Of a stretch of DNA of 64,000 bases, positions 63,496 to 64,000 are shown one piece after another. The stretch is taken from assembly GCF_001194135.2 (NCBI RefSeq), contig NC_068987.1, positions 3,695,408 to 3,759,407 on the forward strand. Reading direction: 5' to 3'. Numbering within the stretch: the first letter of the stretch is position 1; every line of letters begins with the position of its first letter. The translations under genes and the position numbers were made by a program. The notes under the pieces were generated by a model. The model was given only the letters and a program-made list of their open reading frames with translations, was not told the origin of the DNA and did not search any database. Origin of the DNA: Octopus bimaculoides. Taxonomy: Eukaryota.

Positions 63496-63799
63496 AAGAA
63501 AGTCATGATCAGTTGACAATCTCTTCTGTTCCCGTATTTTGTCAGAATACTTCTTTAGAGCGAATTAGTTGATGTAACCATCCAAGGAGTGTTTAAAAGA
63601 CATATTTTAAAAACAATTTGAAAAGAAAGAAAAAAAACACTTTAAAAGTATAAAAGATCAGATTATCGGGACACACCCCCCTCTCGTCGGCCCCATAACT
63701 TCCTCACCAAGAAAACAAAGAAAAAAAAGGTGAGGAATTAAGCAGCAGAGAATGGTGGAGAGAGAGTAATGGGTTATGCACCCCAGACCAAATTGGGCA

Positions 63800-63960
63800 T
63801 GTTTAATAGCGCCTGCAAAGGCGTTGCTACAGAGAATAGCCAGTGACACTCGCTGCAGCAGCAGGGCAGTGAGGGAGCCGACAACACCTGAGGTTTCGAT
63901 GGCCACCAGCACAAACTGATAGCGGCCATTCAAACTACTCTCTATTTCTTTTCTCTCCTT
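63800..63960 (-). mobile_element. Fragment of non-LTR retroelement with restriction-like endonuclease C-terminus (CRE-like)
   Basis: ORF 63658-63933 'GRYQFVLVAIETSGVVG...LLQRVSLAILCSNA' matches 'Y.F.P.A.ET.G.WG...QRISxAIQRGNA', with an internal deletion. Confidence 0.6.
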
Positions 63961-64000
63961 TGTGTTACGGATGGCGATACCCGAAGAGTGAATAGCAATT

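Overview
AT-rich animal genomic DNA with about ten N-gaps. The repeat families point to a coleoid cephalopod, probably Octopus; this is inference, not a database match. Two spliced protein-coding genes converge tail to tail. (1) A MICAL-like gene (MICALL1/2 family; CH domain, a single LIM-type Zn finger, a long S/T/N/K-rich linker and a C-terminal bMERB/Rab-binding coiled coil) on the + strand, with 9 reconstructed exons from 2101 to a stop at 48068. Its first exon(s) lie upstream of the window and one internal bMERB exon was not found, probably because it falls in an N-gap. (2) The last three coding exons of ZCCHC24 on the - strand (60916 down to a stop at 56056). Introns and the intergenic region are packed with tRNA-derived SINE-like repeats, TTAA-flanked piggyBac-type MITEs, a mariner-type MITE, a hAT/Charlie MITE, decayed Penelope-like, CR1-like and CRE-like retroelement fragments, a Helitron-like 3' end and microsatellites. 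The most unusual signals are: a tRNA-headed short repeat carrying a Penelope-type minimal hammerhead ribozyme motif, which occurs as fold-back insertions with 12-13 bp target-site duplications; tandem decayed hammerheads at a Penelope-like 3' end; a 152-bp hairpin element with 13-14 bp TSDs; and a half-LIM domain in the MICAL-like protein. Repeat boundaries are approximate, while exon boundaries were read base by base.
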